Assembly (NCBI GenBank): GCA_965140705.1
Contig: OZ223302.1
Coordinates: 288,001 to 352,000, forward strand
Source of the DNA: an uncultured Arcobacter sp.
GTDB lineage: Bacteria; Campylobacterota; Campylobacteria; Campylobacterales; Arcobacteraceae
DNA: 64,000 bases
Reading direction: 5' to 3'
A program made the position numbers and the translations under genes. The notes under the pieces are model-generated. The model was not told the DNA's origin. It did no database searches and worked only from the letters and a program-made list of their open reading frames with translations. Positions 1 to 9,476 of the stretch are shown here, piece after piece (position 1 is the first letter of the stretch; each line of letters opens with the position of its first letter).

Positions 1-612
1 TTTATTGCTCTTAGTAAGATTAGAGAAGAACACGATGCAGATTTAGCTTTTGACTTTGTATGTAGAGCTGGTATTTGTGGTTCTTGTGGTATGGTAGTTA
101 ATGGAAAACCTGCCCTTGCTTGTAGAACACTAATTGCTAATTATCCAGATGGAGTTATTACTTTACTTCCAATGCCTGCATTTGAATTAATCAAAGATTT
201 ATCAGTAAATACTGGTAAATGGATGGATGCAATGTCTAATAGAGTTGAATCTTGGATTCATACAAACCATAAACCAGACATCACAAAAATCGAAGAAAAA
301 ATTGATCCAGATATTGCAGATCAAACATTTGAATTAGATAGATGTATTGAGTGTGGAATTTGTGTTGCTTCTTGTGGAACAATGCTAATGAGACCTGATT
401 TCGTAGGACCTGTTGGCTTAAACAGAATCGCAAGATTTGAAGTTGACCCACATGATAATAGAACTGCTGATGATTTTTATGAATTAGTTGGTGATGATAA
501 TGGTATCTTTGGTTGTATGTCATTAATGGCATGTGAAGATCATTGTCCAAAACATTTACCTCTTCAAAATAAGATTGCTTACTTAAGAAGAAAACTAGTA
601 TCACTAAGATAA
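1..612 (+). CDS. frdB: Fumarate reductase iron-sulfur subunit (5'-truncated by window edge)
   Basis: Frame is open from base 1 ([31 protein letters not shown]...). Fe-S motifs [20 protein letters not shown] and [12 protein letters not shown]. Confidence 0.93.
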   Translation, partial: FIALSKIREEHDADLAFDFVCRAGICGSCGMVVNGKPALACRTLIANYPDGVITLLPMPAFELIKDLSVNTGKWMDAMSNRVESWIHTNHKPDITKIEEKIDPDIADQTFELDRCIECGICVASCGTMLMRPDFVGPVGLNRIARFEVDPHDNRTADDFYELVGDDNGIFGCMSLMACEDHCPKHLPLQNKIAYLRRKLVSLR

Positions 613-613
613 A

Positions 614-687
614 TATACAAGAGATTTTTTCTCTTGTATAAACAAAAAGTATAAAAAGTTAATTACCTTTTGGGTAATTAACTTTTT
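614..687 (+). terminator. Two tandem hairpins after frdB, likely intrinsic terminator(s)
   Basis: TATACAAGAG/CTCTTGTATA (614-640) and AAAAAGTTAATTACC/GGTAATTAACTTTTT (653-687). Confidence 0.65.
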
Positions 688-767
688 GTATTTTAGGGAT
701 ATTGAAACTAATTTTATTTTTTAAATTATTTTTTATAAGTACAGAAAAAGCCTTTAATGGAGATTGA

Positions 768-3104
768 ATGTCATTAGTTAACGATTATTTTTTACTTTAC
801 CATGGTAAAAATTGTGAACAAAAAATTACATATGGAACAGAACATTATAAAAATAGAGATGAATTTTTTGAAATAGCAGCCTTAGTATTAGCACCTACAA
901 GAAAAGATTATGAAAAATATATAACATTAGATAGTTTTAAAAAATTAATTACACATGTTACAAATAAAAAAGTAAAAAGCTTAGATGATTTAAATCAACT
1001 ACAATACTGCATAATTGAATCAATCGGAAATGATACAAAAAGTTGTCAAATAGAGAAACTACACGAAAGTTTAGAATACTTAAAAAAAGAAAATATTTTA
1101 GAATCATCAAACTTCAATAAACTAATCTCACTTTTTGACCCAAAAGAACTGGGACTTCAAGCTCAAGATTCAAAAGATGAACATATTCATATTGATGAAT
1201 CTAAATCATTCAAAGAGACAAAAGTCGATTTTGAAAATTTAATAAAAGAACTACATGAAATTTTTCAATCTGAAGAGTACAAAGAAGAGTTAGAAAATAC
1301 AAAAAAATATCTAGAAAACCAAAAGTTCTCAATAGGAATTACAGGTGTTATGAATGCTGGTAAATCTACAATGTTAAATGCCCTAATGGGAAAAGAGATT
1401 CTAGGTAGTGCAGTGGTTCCTGAAACAGCAAATTTAACTATTGTAAAGCATGGTACTCCTGAAGCAAATGTTTTTTATTGGAATAAAGAAGAGTGGAATA
1501 GAATTGAACAATCAGGAAAACAGTTAGAATCAATAAAAGAGTTTGTACATGAAACTAAAAAAATATTTGGTGATGAACTAAATAATTATATTCAAGATGA
1601 TTCATACAGTGAAAAAGTCGATATAAATAATCTTGCTGCTTATACATCAGCTGAAGCTAGTGGTAAAAAATGTAATTTAGTAAAATACGTTGAATTAAAA
1701 TCAGATTTAAAATTTTTACAAGATGGAATCGAAATTGTTGATACTCCAGGATTAGATGACCCAGTAATTCAAAGGGAAGAAATAACAAAAGAGTACTTAA
1801 ATCAATGTGATTTAATGATTCACTTAATGAATGTATCTCAAAGTGCAACGTTAAAAGACGTGGAGTTTATAATAGATGCCCTACTTTACCAAAATATAAC
1901 AAAACTTTTAATCGTAATAACAAGAGCAGATACCGTTGCAAAAGAACAATTACAAGAAGTTATAGACTACACTAAAAGTTCTATAGAAGCACAATTAAAA
2001 CTTCAAAATAAAGATAGCCAGTTAGATTATATACTTAGAAGCATAAAATTTATACCAATATCTGGGATGATGGCATTATATCATAGAACAGGAAGAGAAA
2101 ATAAAGCAATAGAAGCTGGTTTTAAAATAGAAGATACAGGTATTTTAGAAATTGAAAACTATCTTGAAGAGACACTATTTGGTAAAAGTTCATCAAAAAC
2201 TGAATTAATAATAAAAAGTATAAAAACTCAACTTAGAAAAACAATAGAAAAAGAGATAAAATCCTTTAATTATGAATTAATTTTATTAAGTAAATCAAAG
2301 GAAGAACTAGAAGAAGATTTAAAAAACTTTGCAAAGAAAAAATCTACAAATGAATCAATTTTTGAAGCAATGAATGAAGATATTGTAGTATACAAAAATG
2401 ATGCAAAAAGTTATATACTTACCTTAGAAACTTTCCTAGAAAATGAGCTTTTAGATTTACAAGAAATTATTAGAAAAAGAGTTTTTTCAGATGTTAAATA
2501 CTCCTTTGAAAAGACTAAAAAAAGACCAGAATCAAAAAGAATCAAAAGTATCGTTGAAACAGCTATAAAAGATGGAATTATAGATGTTATTAGAGATTAT
2601 AGATATAAATTTATCAAAAAGTCTCAAAGTATAGGTGAAGTATTTGAACAAAAATACCAAGAAATGGGATTTACAATTGGGCACAAAAATGAAAATTTTG
2701 ATGCTAGGGGCTTTTTTGAAAATGATTTTAAATCAGGTTTCTTAACATCATCAAATGAAGTATTAATAAATAAAATAACAAATGAAGTCTCAAAAAGTAA
2801 AGAATCAAAATTAACTGAATTAGATATAAATTTACAAGGTTTTATAAAAGAAGAGTTTGAACCAATAGAAAAAAATATAAAAGAAAAAGCTCAAAGTATT
2901 TCTCAGGTTTTAATTGATAACTTCTTTACACAAATTTCTGAACCACTTAAAATCTTTGAGAAAAAACTAATAAAAGATGAAAAAGCTTTACAAGATAGAA
3001 TCTCTTCATTTGAAGAAAATGACTCAAAAAAAGATGAATTAACTATAGAAATTCATAAAAAAGTTAAAAAACTTGAAACATTTAGTAGGGAGCTTAAAGC
3101 ATGA
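768..3104 (+). CDS. Bacterial dynamin-like GTPase 1 (C. jejuni Cj0411/DLP1-like)
   Basis: G1 GVMNAGKST, G3 DTPG, G4-like TRAD, long helical C-terminus; lies directly after frdB. Confidence 0.88.
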   Translation: MSLVNDYFLLYHGKNCEQKITYGTEHYKNRDEFFEIAALVLAPTRKDYEKYITLDSFKKLITHVTNKKVKSLDDLNQLQYCIIESIGNDTKSCQIEKLHESLEYLKKENILESSNFNKLISLFDPKELGLQAQDSKDEHIHIDESKSFKETKVDFENLIKELHEIFQSEEYKEELENTKKYLENQKFSIGITGVMNAGKSTMLNALMGKEILGSAVVPETANLTIVKHGTPEANVFYWNKEEWNRIEQSGKQLESIKEFVHETKKIFGDELNNYIQDDSYSEKVDINNLAAYTSAEASGKKCNLVKYVELKSDLKFLQDGIEIVDTPGLDDPVIQREEITKEYLNQCDLMIHLMNVSQSATLKDVEFIIDALLYQNITKLLIVITRADTVAKEQLQEVIDYTKSSIEAQLKLQNKDSQLDYILRSIKFIPISGMMALYHRTGRENKAIEAGFKIEDTGILEIENYLEETLFGKSSSKTELIIKSIKTQLRKTIEKEIKSFNYELILLSKSKEELEEDLKNFAKKKSTNESIFEAMNEDIVVYKNDAKSYILTLETFLENELLDLQEIIRKRVFSDVKYSFEKTKKRPESKRIKSIVETAIKDGIIDVIRDYRYKFIKKSQSIGEVFEQKYQEMGFTIGHKNENFDARGFFENDFKSGFLTSSNEVLINKITNEVSKSKESKLTELDINLQGFIKEEFEPIEKNIKEKAQSISQVLIDNFFTQISEPLKIFEKKLIKDEKALQDRISSFEENDSKKDELTIEIHKKVKKLETFSRELKA

Positions 3105-5116
3105 GTATCTTAAATAGTTTTGTAAAAGAATATAGCGATAAGTTTTTTAAAAAAGAAGAAGTCTTTGAAACTGGATTAGTAGGTGATATTAAAAGAGTAA
3201 GCTTAAAACTTATGGACGAGAAATTTCATCCATCTTTTCAATTAAAATCTATATTAGACAAACAATTAAGAAGAGCTAGATACCCAATGGAAGTTGCAAT
3301 TACTGGACAGTTTTCTTCAGGTAAATCTACATTCCTAAATGCCCTACTTTCAAAAAATATTTTACCAACAGGAATTACACCTGTTACCTCAAAAGTTAAC
3401 TTTTTAAATTATGGAGAAGAGTATAAATTAAAAATAACTTATTACTCAGGTGCACAAGAATATGCTCCTATTGAAGCAATAGCTGATTTTACAGATCAAA
3501 GAAAAAATGAGATGAGTGAGATAAAATACCTAACACTTTATGCACCTATGGACATATTAAAAGATATCTCTTTTGTGGATACACCAGGACTTAATTCTCA
3601 AAGCCAAAGTGATACAGACACTACAAGAAAAGTTTTAAGGGATGTTGGTGGTATTATTTGGTTGACACTTATTGATAATGCAGGGAAAAAATCTGAAGCA
3701 GAAGTACTAGAAGAGTATATGGAACAATTTAAAAATAAATCCCTTTGTGTACTTAATCAAAAAGATAAATTTACAGAAGAACAAATCGAGACTACAACAA
3801 AATATGTACGAGAAAAATTCTCTAAATATTTTGCTCAAGTTACTCCAATCTCAGCGAAAATGGCACTTCAAGCAAGAGCCCATGATAAAGATGTTTTGAT
3901 AAATGATGAATATGAAAAATTCATTAGTGAATTTAAAAATGATTTAAAAAATAATGAAGTTGAATCTTTAAACTTTTTTGAAAATAAATTCACAGAATAC
4001 AAAAATAAAATATCTAAAATAAATCTTCAAGATTCAAAGGATAATATAAGACTTCAAGAGGAATCAAATATACAACAAGTAATTGATTTCATAGAAAATA
4101 CAATAAGACCTCAAGCATTAGAATCAAAAGAGTTTGCTATAAAAAGAGACCTTAAAGGTATTTGTGACATTTTGATGAATGAATATCAAAATATTCTTGG
4201 AGTTTATGATAATTTGGTGGAAATATTAAAATCATCAGAGAACGATATTTTAAACGCATTGGATGATATTCACAAAAAGTATTCTAAAGAATTATTTTCC
4301 ATTTATAACTCATTAGAAGTTATTATGGAAAAAATGGCCCATGAAACATTTAAAAATATTAAAACAGCAAAAGCCAATAGATATGAAAATAAAACCGGTT
4401 TTTTAAATAAAGAAAACTATGCAAAAATTGAATATAACACTTATTGGATAGATAGTGATAATGTATACAAAAATCTATTTTATGATGATCAAACAATTGA
4501 TAAAATGTTTAAAAAATCAATTAAAGACTTAAAACAAATAGAACTAAGTGCAGATGAATCATTTAGAGATGTTTACAAAACACTTAAAAATAACGTTCAC
4601 AGATGGCAAGAACCATTTGAGTTGATTAAAAAAAATAGAGATGTTGCCTCAGATATAGAGTTTTCAACAACAAGACACTTTGCTGCAAAAGTTTATGAAA
4701 ATGTATTAAGTTCATACCATAGAGCAATACTAGAAAATATTTCAGCACTTAGAAAAAAGTTTGCATACTTCAATGGAGCCTTATCATATAGTTATATTCA
4801 AACGACACAAGCTACTATTGCCCATTTTGAACAGCAAATAGCTGAATCAATACTTCTATATGAAAAAGAACCTACAAAATTTACAGTATACCATCCAAGA
4901 GAAGATGAAATACTTACAAAACTAAAAGCAAATTTTGGTTTTGAAAAAATTGAAGATTTTTTAACTTCAAAAAGAAATTATTTATTTAAAATTATAAAAT
5001 ACTCAAAAGAACAATATTTAGAAATAAATGAAGATAGAATAAACTTTGTTGAATCAAGAAAAGGAGAATATATTGATAAAATAGAGGATTTAAAAAAGAT
5101 AAAAGATGAGATTTAA
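3101..5116 (+). CDS. Bacterial dynamin-like GTPase 2 (Cj0412/DLP2-like)
   Basis: GQFSSGKST, LPTGITPVT, DTPG, NQKD; 4-nt overlap with DLP1. Confidence 0.88.
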   Translation: MSILNSFVKEYSDKFFKKEEVFETGLVGDIKRVSLKLMDEKFHPSFQLKSILDKQLRRARYPMEVAITGQFSSGKSTFLNALLSKNILPTGITPVTSKVNFLNYGEEYKLKITYYSGAQEYAPIEAIADFTDQRKNEMSEIKYLTLYAPMDILKDISFVDTPGLNSQSQSDTDTTRKVLRDVGGIIWLTLIDNAGKKSEAEVLEEYMEQFKNKSLCVLNQKDKFTEEQIETTTKYVREKFSKYFAQVTPISAKMALQARAHDKDVLINDEYEKFISEFKNDLKNNEVESLNFFENKFTEYKNKISKINLQDSKDNIRLQEESNIQQVIDFIENTIRPQALESKEFAIKRDLKGICDILMNEYQNILGVYDNLVEILKSSENDILNALDDIHKKYSKELFSIYNSLEVIMEKMAHETFKNIKTAKANRYENKTGFLNKENYAKIEYNTYWIDSDNVYKNLFYDDQTIDKMFKKSIKDLKQIELSADESFRDVYKTLKNNVHRWQEPFELIKKNRDVASDIEFSTTRHFAAKVYENVLSSYHRAILENISALRKKFAYFNGALSYSYIQTTQATIAHFEQQIAESILLYEKEPTKFTVYHPREDEILTKLKANFGFEKIEDFLTSKRNYLFKIIKYSKEQYLEINEDRINFVESRKGEYIDKIEDLKKIKDEI

Positions 5117-5166
5117 TAAATTTAATCTTAAATTTTAGAATTTAGATAAATTTAAGCGAAATACTA

Positions 5167-5195
5167 TTGACAATATTGTATTTTTTTAATATTAT
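5167..5195 (+). promoter_or_regulatory. Sigma70 promoter of the tRNA operon
   Basis: TTGACA (5167-5172), 17 nt spacer, TATTAT (5190-5195), 16 nt upstream of tRNA-Gln. Confidence 0.8.
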
Positions 5196-5211
5196 TTCAG
5201 TCCATTTTGAT

Positions 5212-5286
5212 TGGGGTATCGCCAAGTGGTAAGGCCTCGGCTTTTGGTGCCGATATTCGCAGGTTCGAATCCTGCTACCCCATCCA
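5212..5286 (+). tRNA. tRNA-Gln(TTG)
   Basis: Cloverleaf; TCGGC-TTTTGGT-GCCGA anticodon arm; GTTCGAATC T-loop; encoded CCA. Confidence 0.95.
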
Positions 5287-5302
5287 AATTGTTTTTTTAT
5301 GT

Positions 5303-5389
5303 GCGAGTGTGGCGGAATAGGTAGACGCGTGGGACTTAAAATCCCATTCCGGTTTCGGAGTATGAGTTCGATTCTCATCATTCGCACCA
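5303..5389 (+). tRNA. tRNA-Leu(TAA)
   Basis: TGGGA-CTTAAAA-TCCCA arm, long variable arm, CCA end. Confidence 0.95.
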
Positions 5390-5396
5390 TAAAAGA

Positions 5397-5473
5397 GCGG
5401 GAGTAGCTCAGTTGGCTAGAGCTTCTGCCTTCCAAGCAGATTGTCGCGAGTTCGAGTCTCGTCTCCCGCTCCA
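5397..5473 (+). tRNA. tRNA-Gly(TCC)
   Basis: TCTGC-CTTCCAA-GCAGA arm; GCGGGAG/CTCCCGC acceptor stem; CCA. Confidence 0.95.
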
Positions 5474-5487
5474 CTTTTTCATGTAAT

Positions 5488-5563
5488 GACCCGTTAGCTC
5501 AGTTGGTAGAGCATCTCACTTTTAATGAGGGGGCCAATGGTTCGAATCCATTACGGGTCACCA
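5488..5563 (+). tRNA. tRNA-Lys(TTT)
   Basis: Anticodon loop CTTTTAA; GACCCGT/ACGGGTC acceptor stem; CCA. Confidence 0.95.
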
Positions 5564-5580
5564 TTACAGTTTTTTTATAC

Positions 5581-5657
<77 letters not shown>

Positions 5658-5672
5658 AAATTTAGCCATAGT

Positions 5673-5749
5673 GTCAAGGTAGCTCAGCTGGCTAGAGCGC
5701 TGGTCTCATAAGCCGGAGGTCGGGAGTTCAAGTCTCCCTCTTGACACCA
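5673..5749 (+). tRNA. tRNA-Met(CAT), elongator (Ile2 not fully excluded)
   Basis: GTCAAGG/TCTTGAC acceptor stem, CTCATAA loop, CCA. Confidence 0.88.
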
Positions 5750-5761
5750 TTTCTAACACAC

Positions 5762-5838
5762 GCTGGTGTAGCTCAGTTGGCTAGAGCAGCTGATTTGTAA
5801 TCAGCAGGTCGGGGGTTCAACTCCCTTCACCAGCTCCA
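5762..5838 (+). tRNA. tRNA-Thr(TGT)
   Basis: GCTGA-TTTGTAA-TCAGC arm; CCA. Confidence 0.95.
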
Positions 5839-5868
5839 TTTTATAAATTACACACTAATAACAAATAT

Positions 5869-5957
5869 AGAGAGTTGCCAGAGTTGGTCGAATGGACCGG
5901 TTTTGAAAACCGGCGAGGTTCACGCCTCCGAGGGTTCGAATCCCTTGCTCTCTGCCA
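5869..5957 (+). tRNA. tRNA-Ser(TGA)
   Basis: CCGGT-TTTGAAA-ACCGG arm, long variable arm, G73 discriminator, CCA. Confidence 0.93.
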
Positions 5958-6019
5958 CTATTCACCTAATCAATAATCAAATCAAAAAAATATATAATTT
6001 ACAAAAACAAGAAGTTGAA

Positions 6020-6379
6020 ATGATAAATTTAGAATATACAGATGTATTTGATAACAATAAAACCAAAGAAATAAAGTTTTCCAAAAACCTTATTAAAACT
6101 CCATACAATGAGAAGTCACTCTTAGCTATTTTAGTTGATGGTAAATCAATGGAACCTGTTATAAATCACAAAGCAGTAATAGTTGCAGATATATCAAATA
6201 AAAAACTAGAAAATGGAAGTATCTATTTAATTTATTATGAAAATAAAATGTGGGTTAAAAAATATGATTCAAAAAATAAAACCTTTATATCTATAAACCC
6301 TAATTTTTCTCATTTAATTTATAAAGAAGAAGAGATTCATTTAGTGGCAAGAGTAATACTTACTTTTACAAATCTCTAA
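6020..6379 (+). CDS. Stand-alone S24 (LexA/CI/UmuD-type) peptidase domain, 119 aa, no HTH
   Basis: VDGKSMEP (catalytic Ser) and WVKK (Lys). Start moved to ATG 6020 because the track's 5903 start lies inside tRNA-Ser. Confidence 0.75.
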   Translation: MINLEYTDVFDNNKTKEIKFSKNLIKTPYNEKSLLAILVDGKSMEPVINHKAVIVADISNKKLENGSIYLIYYENKMWVKKYDSKNKTFISINPNFSHLIYKEEEIHLVARVILTFTNL

Positions 6380-6387
6380 ACTTCTTT

Positions 6388-6777
6388 TTATATTCGAATA
6401 TTTCTTTGTAAATAACCAATCATATCTTTATTTACAAAATCCATACTACTTTCCATCCTTTTTGTACTTTTTAGCTTTATAAGAGTGTTTGTGTATGTTT
6501 CTATTTTATTGGTTAATTTTCTATCATTTAATAATAAAATTATTTTGGCAGAAGTTTTTTTTATCTCTCTTAGCCTTTCATCAATATCCCCCTCCTCTAT
6601 TGATAAAATATCCTCTGTCAATTTTGAAAATAGCTCTAATTTTTTATTTCTAAGCCATTTATTTTGTTCAATTTTATTATTAATTTTTGTAGAAACAAGG
6701 GTATCAACCAATTTAGTAGCAACTGCTCCAACTAATGCACTTTTGGCTACTGAAGAAATCAAAGTTAAATTTAGCAT
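6388..6777 (-). CDS. Hypothetical protein with an N-terminal hydrophobic helix
   Basis: 129-aa ORF, AAGGA RBS, N-terminus LISSVAKSALVGAVATKLV. Confidence 0.7.
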   Translation of the reverse strand: MLNLTLISSVAKSALVGAVATKLVDTLVSTKINNKIEQNKWLRNKKLELFSKLTEDILSIEEGDIDERLREIKKTSAKIILLLNDRKLTNKIETYTNTLIKLKSTKRMESSMDFVNKDMIGYLQRNIRI

Positions 6778-6833
6778 AATATATCCTTTTTAGTTTCCTG
6801 ATTATATGAACAATAAACTTAAATCTAAATTAT

Positions 6834-6901
6834 AATGATAATAAGTATCATTAATATTATTTTAAGGTCACAATAAGTATCATATTGATAACAATAATCA
6901 A
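6834..6901. promoter_or_regulatory. Fur-box-like inverted repeats
   Basis: AATGATAATAAGTATCATT (6834-6852) and TTGATAACAATAATCAA (6885-6901). Confidence 0.7.
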
Positions 6902-6911
6902 GGTTAATAAA

Positions 6912-7043
6912 ATGAAAAAAATTGAAAAATTATCTTTATATAAAAAGAATTTAAAAATTCACAGTAATCTATGGAAAGTTTATTATTCAGCACTATTTTT
7001 TGCCATTTCCTTTGTCATAATAAAAGATTTAATTAATGCTTGA
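6912..7043 (+). CDS. Small 43-aa putative membrane protein (absent from ORF track)
   Basis: MKKIEKLSLYKKNLKIHSNLWKVYYSALFFAISFVIIKDLINA; AAGG RBS; stop overlaps the start of the Fur-family gene. Confidence 0.5.
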   Translation: MKKIEKLSLYKKNLKIHSNLWKVYYSALFFAISFVIIKDLINA

Positions 7044-7485
7044 AAAAAACGAACTTCAATTTAATAACTTATTAAAAAAATACAGACAACACTTTAAAAA
7101 CCTAAAATTAAAAAATACTATACAAAAGGATTATCTTCTAAAGGCTTTATACTACTCAGAAGGTCACTTAAGCGCAGAAAAACTAACTAAAGAATTAAAA
7201 TCTCAATATAAAATAAATATATCTATTGTAACAGTGTATAAGATTTTAAAATTATTTGAAGAACTTAAAATAGTAAAATGTTTAAAAGTCCTTGAAAATG
7301 CAAAGTTTTATGAATTAAACTTTTCTAACCATAACCATCTTATTTGTAATTCTTGCCGTACGATTATTGAATTTAAAGATCAAGTTATAGAAAATAAACA
7401 ATTAACAATAGCAAAAAGCAATAATTATATTCTTAAAGATAATGTAATAACTATATATGGGTTATGCCCTAAATGTCAAAAATAA
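7036..7485 (+). CDS. Fur-family transcriptional regulator
   Basis: HLSAE..., ISIVTVYKILKLF helix, HNHLICNSC and GLCPKC zinc motifs. Confidence 0.9.
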   Translation: MLEKNELQFNNLLKKYRQHFKNLKLKNTIQKDYLLKALYYSEGHLSAEKLTKELKSQYKINISIVTVYKILKLFEELKIVKCLKVLENAKFYELNFSNHNHLICNSCRTIIEFKDQVIENKQLTIAKSNNYILKDNVITIYGLCPKCQK

Positions 7486-7498
7486 AACAAAATCTTTT

Positions 7499-7515
7499 TT
7501 GATAATGATTATAAG
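7499..7515. promoter_or_regulatory. Fur-box-like site upstream of the fez-like operon
   Basis: TTGATAATGATTATAAG, close to the TGATAATnATTATCA consensus. Confidence 0.7.
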
Positions 7516-7571
7516 TTTATAATAAGATATTATTAAGACTATATACACAATAATCTAAAAAAGGACTAAAT

Positions 7572-7886
7572 TTGATTACTACAGAAGAAATTATAAATAT
7601 AGCAAAATTTTTTACAATAATTGCACATACTCCAGGAAGATTGAGAGTAAGAGTTAACCCTAAAATAAAAGATTCTGCTGGAAATATTTCCATTGAAGAT
7701 ATAGAAAAACTACCAGAAAAAATATCTGGAATAGAACATATTAAAATAAACAAAATTATTGCCTCAGTTACAATTAAATATGACCCAAAAATATTCAAAC
7801 CTAAAACTTGGGAAGATTTAATACATCAAAAAAACATAGACGAAATAACTGTTTTAATAAACAATTTAGCAAAGGAGGTTATTTAA
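7572..7886 (+). CDS. HMA2-like domain protein (ferrosome-cluster associated)
   Basis: AHTPGRLRVRV...GIEHIKINKIIASVTIKYD pattern; AAGGA RBS with TTG start. Confidence 0.75.
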   Translation: MITTEEIINIAKFFTIIAHTPGRLRVRVNPKIKDSAGNISIEDIEKLPEKISGIEHIKINKIIASVTIKYDPKIFKPKTWEDLIHQKNIDEITVLINNLAKEVI

Positions 7887-8558
7887 TTGGAAACAAACAT
7901 AGATGAGCAACTTTTAATAAGTGCTAGAGTTGATATAAATAGTCAAATACCTATTACAACTCAAATACTTAGAATTGCTGTATATGATGAATATAAAGCT
8001 TATGAAACCTATACAAAAATAATTGAAAAGTTTGGTTTAATACGACCATTTGTAAATATCAAAGAAGCAGAAGCAATTCATTATGGTGTTTTGATTAAAC
8101 TAATGGAAAAATATGCAATTGAAGTACCTATTAATGATTGGTATGAAAAAATTGAAATTCCAAATACAATTATTGAGTGTTGTGAGATGGGGGTTGCAGC
8201 TGAAATTAATAATATTGCAATGTACAATAATTTATTAAGTCATGTAACTCAAGATGATATAAAAAATGTGCTTTATCAATTACAAGCTGCATCTTTTAAT
8301 AACCATCTACCTGCTTTTAGAAACTCTGTACTTATGCATTATACAAGCAATACAAATGCAAATCAAGAAAATATGATGGAAAAGCTTGGAGAATATCAAG
8401 CTTTATTAGATGAAATTATGGCAGGAAATATTGATGAAAGTTCCATTACAAAAATATTTTCGAAGCTTAATTTATCTATGACAAGTGGTGCTGTTTTTGG
8501 TGGTGCAATCATTGCACTTATGAATAATTATATTTCTAAAAATCAAAATGAGGAGTAG
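7887..8558 (+). CDS. Ferritin-like (DUF2202-type) protein with C-terminal Gly-rich hydrophobic helix
   Basis: DEYKAYETY, EAEAIH, EINNIAMY and SFNNHLPAF di-iron-type helices; tail SGAVFGGAIIALM; AAGGAGG RBS. Confidence 0.75.
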   Translation: METNIDEQLLISARVDINSQIPITTQILRIAVYDEYKAYETYTKIIEKFGLIRPFVNIKEAEAIHYGVLIKLMEKYAIEVPINDWYEKIEIPNTIIECCEMGVAAEINNIAMYNNLLSHVTQDDIKNVLYQLQAASFNNHLPAFRNSVLMHYTSNTNANQENMMEKLGEYQALLDEIMAGNIDESSITKIFSKLNLSMTSGAVFGGAIIALMNNYISKNQNEE

Positions 8559-8561
8559 AAA

Positions 8562-8783
8562 ATGCCATTACCATTCTTAGTCGGTGTAGCCGTAGGAGCA
8601 GGTGCTGTACTTGCATATAACAAATCAGATAAAGTGAAAACAAAAACAGATGAAATAGTTGGTAAATCAAAAGAATTTGCAAATGAAACAATTAGTAAAA
8701 CCAAAAAAAATGTTAGTGAATTAAAAGATAATTTATGCTCAAAAAAAGAGACTAAAGAAAAAATACAGAAGGAAGAAAAATGA
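8562..8783 (+). CDS. Small GxxxG membrane protein (FezA/YtxH-like)
   Basis: MPLPFLVGVAVGAGAVLAY followed by a charged helix; GAGGAG RBS. Confidence 0.7.
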   Translation: MPLPFLVGVAVGAGAVLAYNKSDKVKTKTDEIVGKSKEFANETISKTKKNVSELKDNLCSKKETKEKIQKEEK

Positions 8784-9142
8784 AAGAGATCGTTATAAAT
8801 ACAGGAACTCCAAGAAATGTTCTAGGACATGTAATTAGTGGAGCTATTGCATCTGCTGTTATTAGTGGAGCTATCAATTATAAAAAAGTAAAAGCAAATG
8901 AAGTAGAAAAAAAAGATGCAATTAAAGATACTATTAAAAAAACTTCACAAGGTGCAATAGCAACTGGTGCTGCTATTGCTACTGCTAATTATTTAGGTGA
9001 AAAAGGTGGCTTATTAAAAGCTGTTACTGCACTTTCTGTTGGAGCAATGGGAATTTATGCCCTAGAAGTTATTGAAGAACAGCTTGATAATAAATATCTA
9101 ACAAATGAAAACTGTCTTTTAGAAGAGGAAATTAATGAATAA
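8780..9142 (+). CDS. Gly/Ala-zipper membrane protein (ferrosome-cluster associated)
   Basis: SGAIASAVISGA, QGAIATGAAIATA, LSVGAMGIYAL; ATGA overlap with the upstream gene. Confidence 0.7.
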   Translation: MKEIVINTGTPRNVLGHVISGAIASAVISGAINYKKVKANEVEKKDAIKDTIKKTSQGAIATGAAIATANYLGEKGGLLKAVTALSVGAMGIYALEVIEEQLDNKYLTNENCLLEEEINE

Positions 9143-9476
9143 TAAATACGATATAAACATAGAAAATAGTAGACCAAGTGATATAAAAGCTACTGCTAAT
9201 ATAAATCAAAACCCATATATAAATCAAAATGCGAATCTTGTAAATAATCCACAACAACAAAATATTGAACAAGCACAAAGCGGATTTAATACAGGAGATT
9301 TTGTAAAAGGTGCATTAATAGGTGCAGCAGTTACATATTTGCTTACAAATAAAAATGCTCAAGAAAAAGCTATGCAAGTTTTTGGAAAAGGAAGTGAACT
9401 TTTTCAAGCAGGCATTGAAGAGTTAAAAGAGAAATATGAAGATATGAAAGCTCAAATGCAAGCGAATAATGAATAA
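9135..9476 (+). CDS. YtxH-like GxxxG protein with N/Q-rich N-terminus
   Basis: FVKGALIGAAVTYLL followed by coiled coil AGIEELKEKYEDMKAQM. Confidence 0.7.
   Translation: MNNKYDINIENSRPSDIKATANINQNPYINQNANLVNNPQQQNIEQAQSGFNTGDFVKGALIGAAVTYLLTNKNAQEKAMQVFGKGSELFQAGIEELKEKYEDMKAQMQANNE

Noticed and set aside
5142..5474. 110-aa minus-strand ORF
   Set aside because: It is the antisense reading of the tRNA-Gln/Leu/Gly genes.
5903..6019. N-terminal extension of the S24 ORF in the track
   Set aside because: It begins inside tRNA-Ser; ATG 6020 is more plausible.
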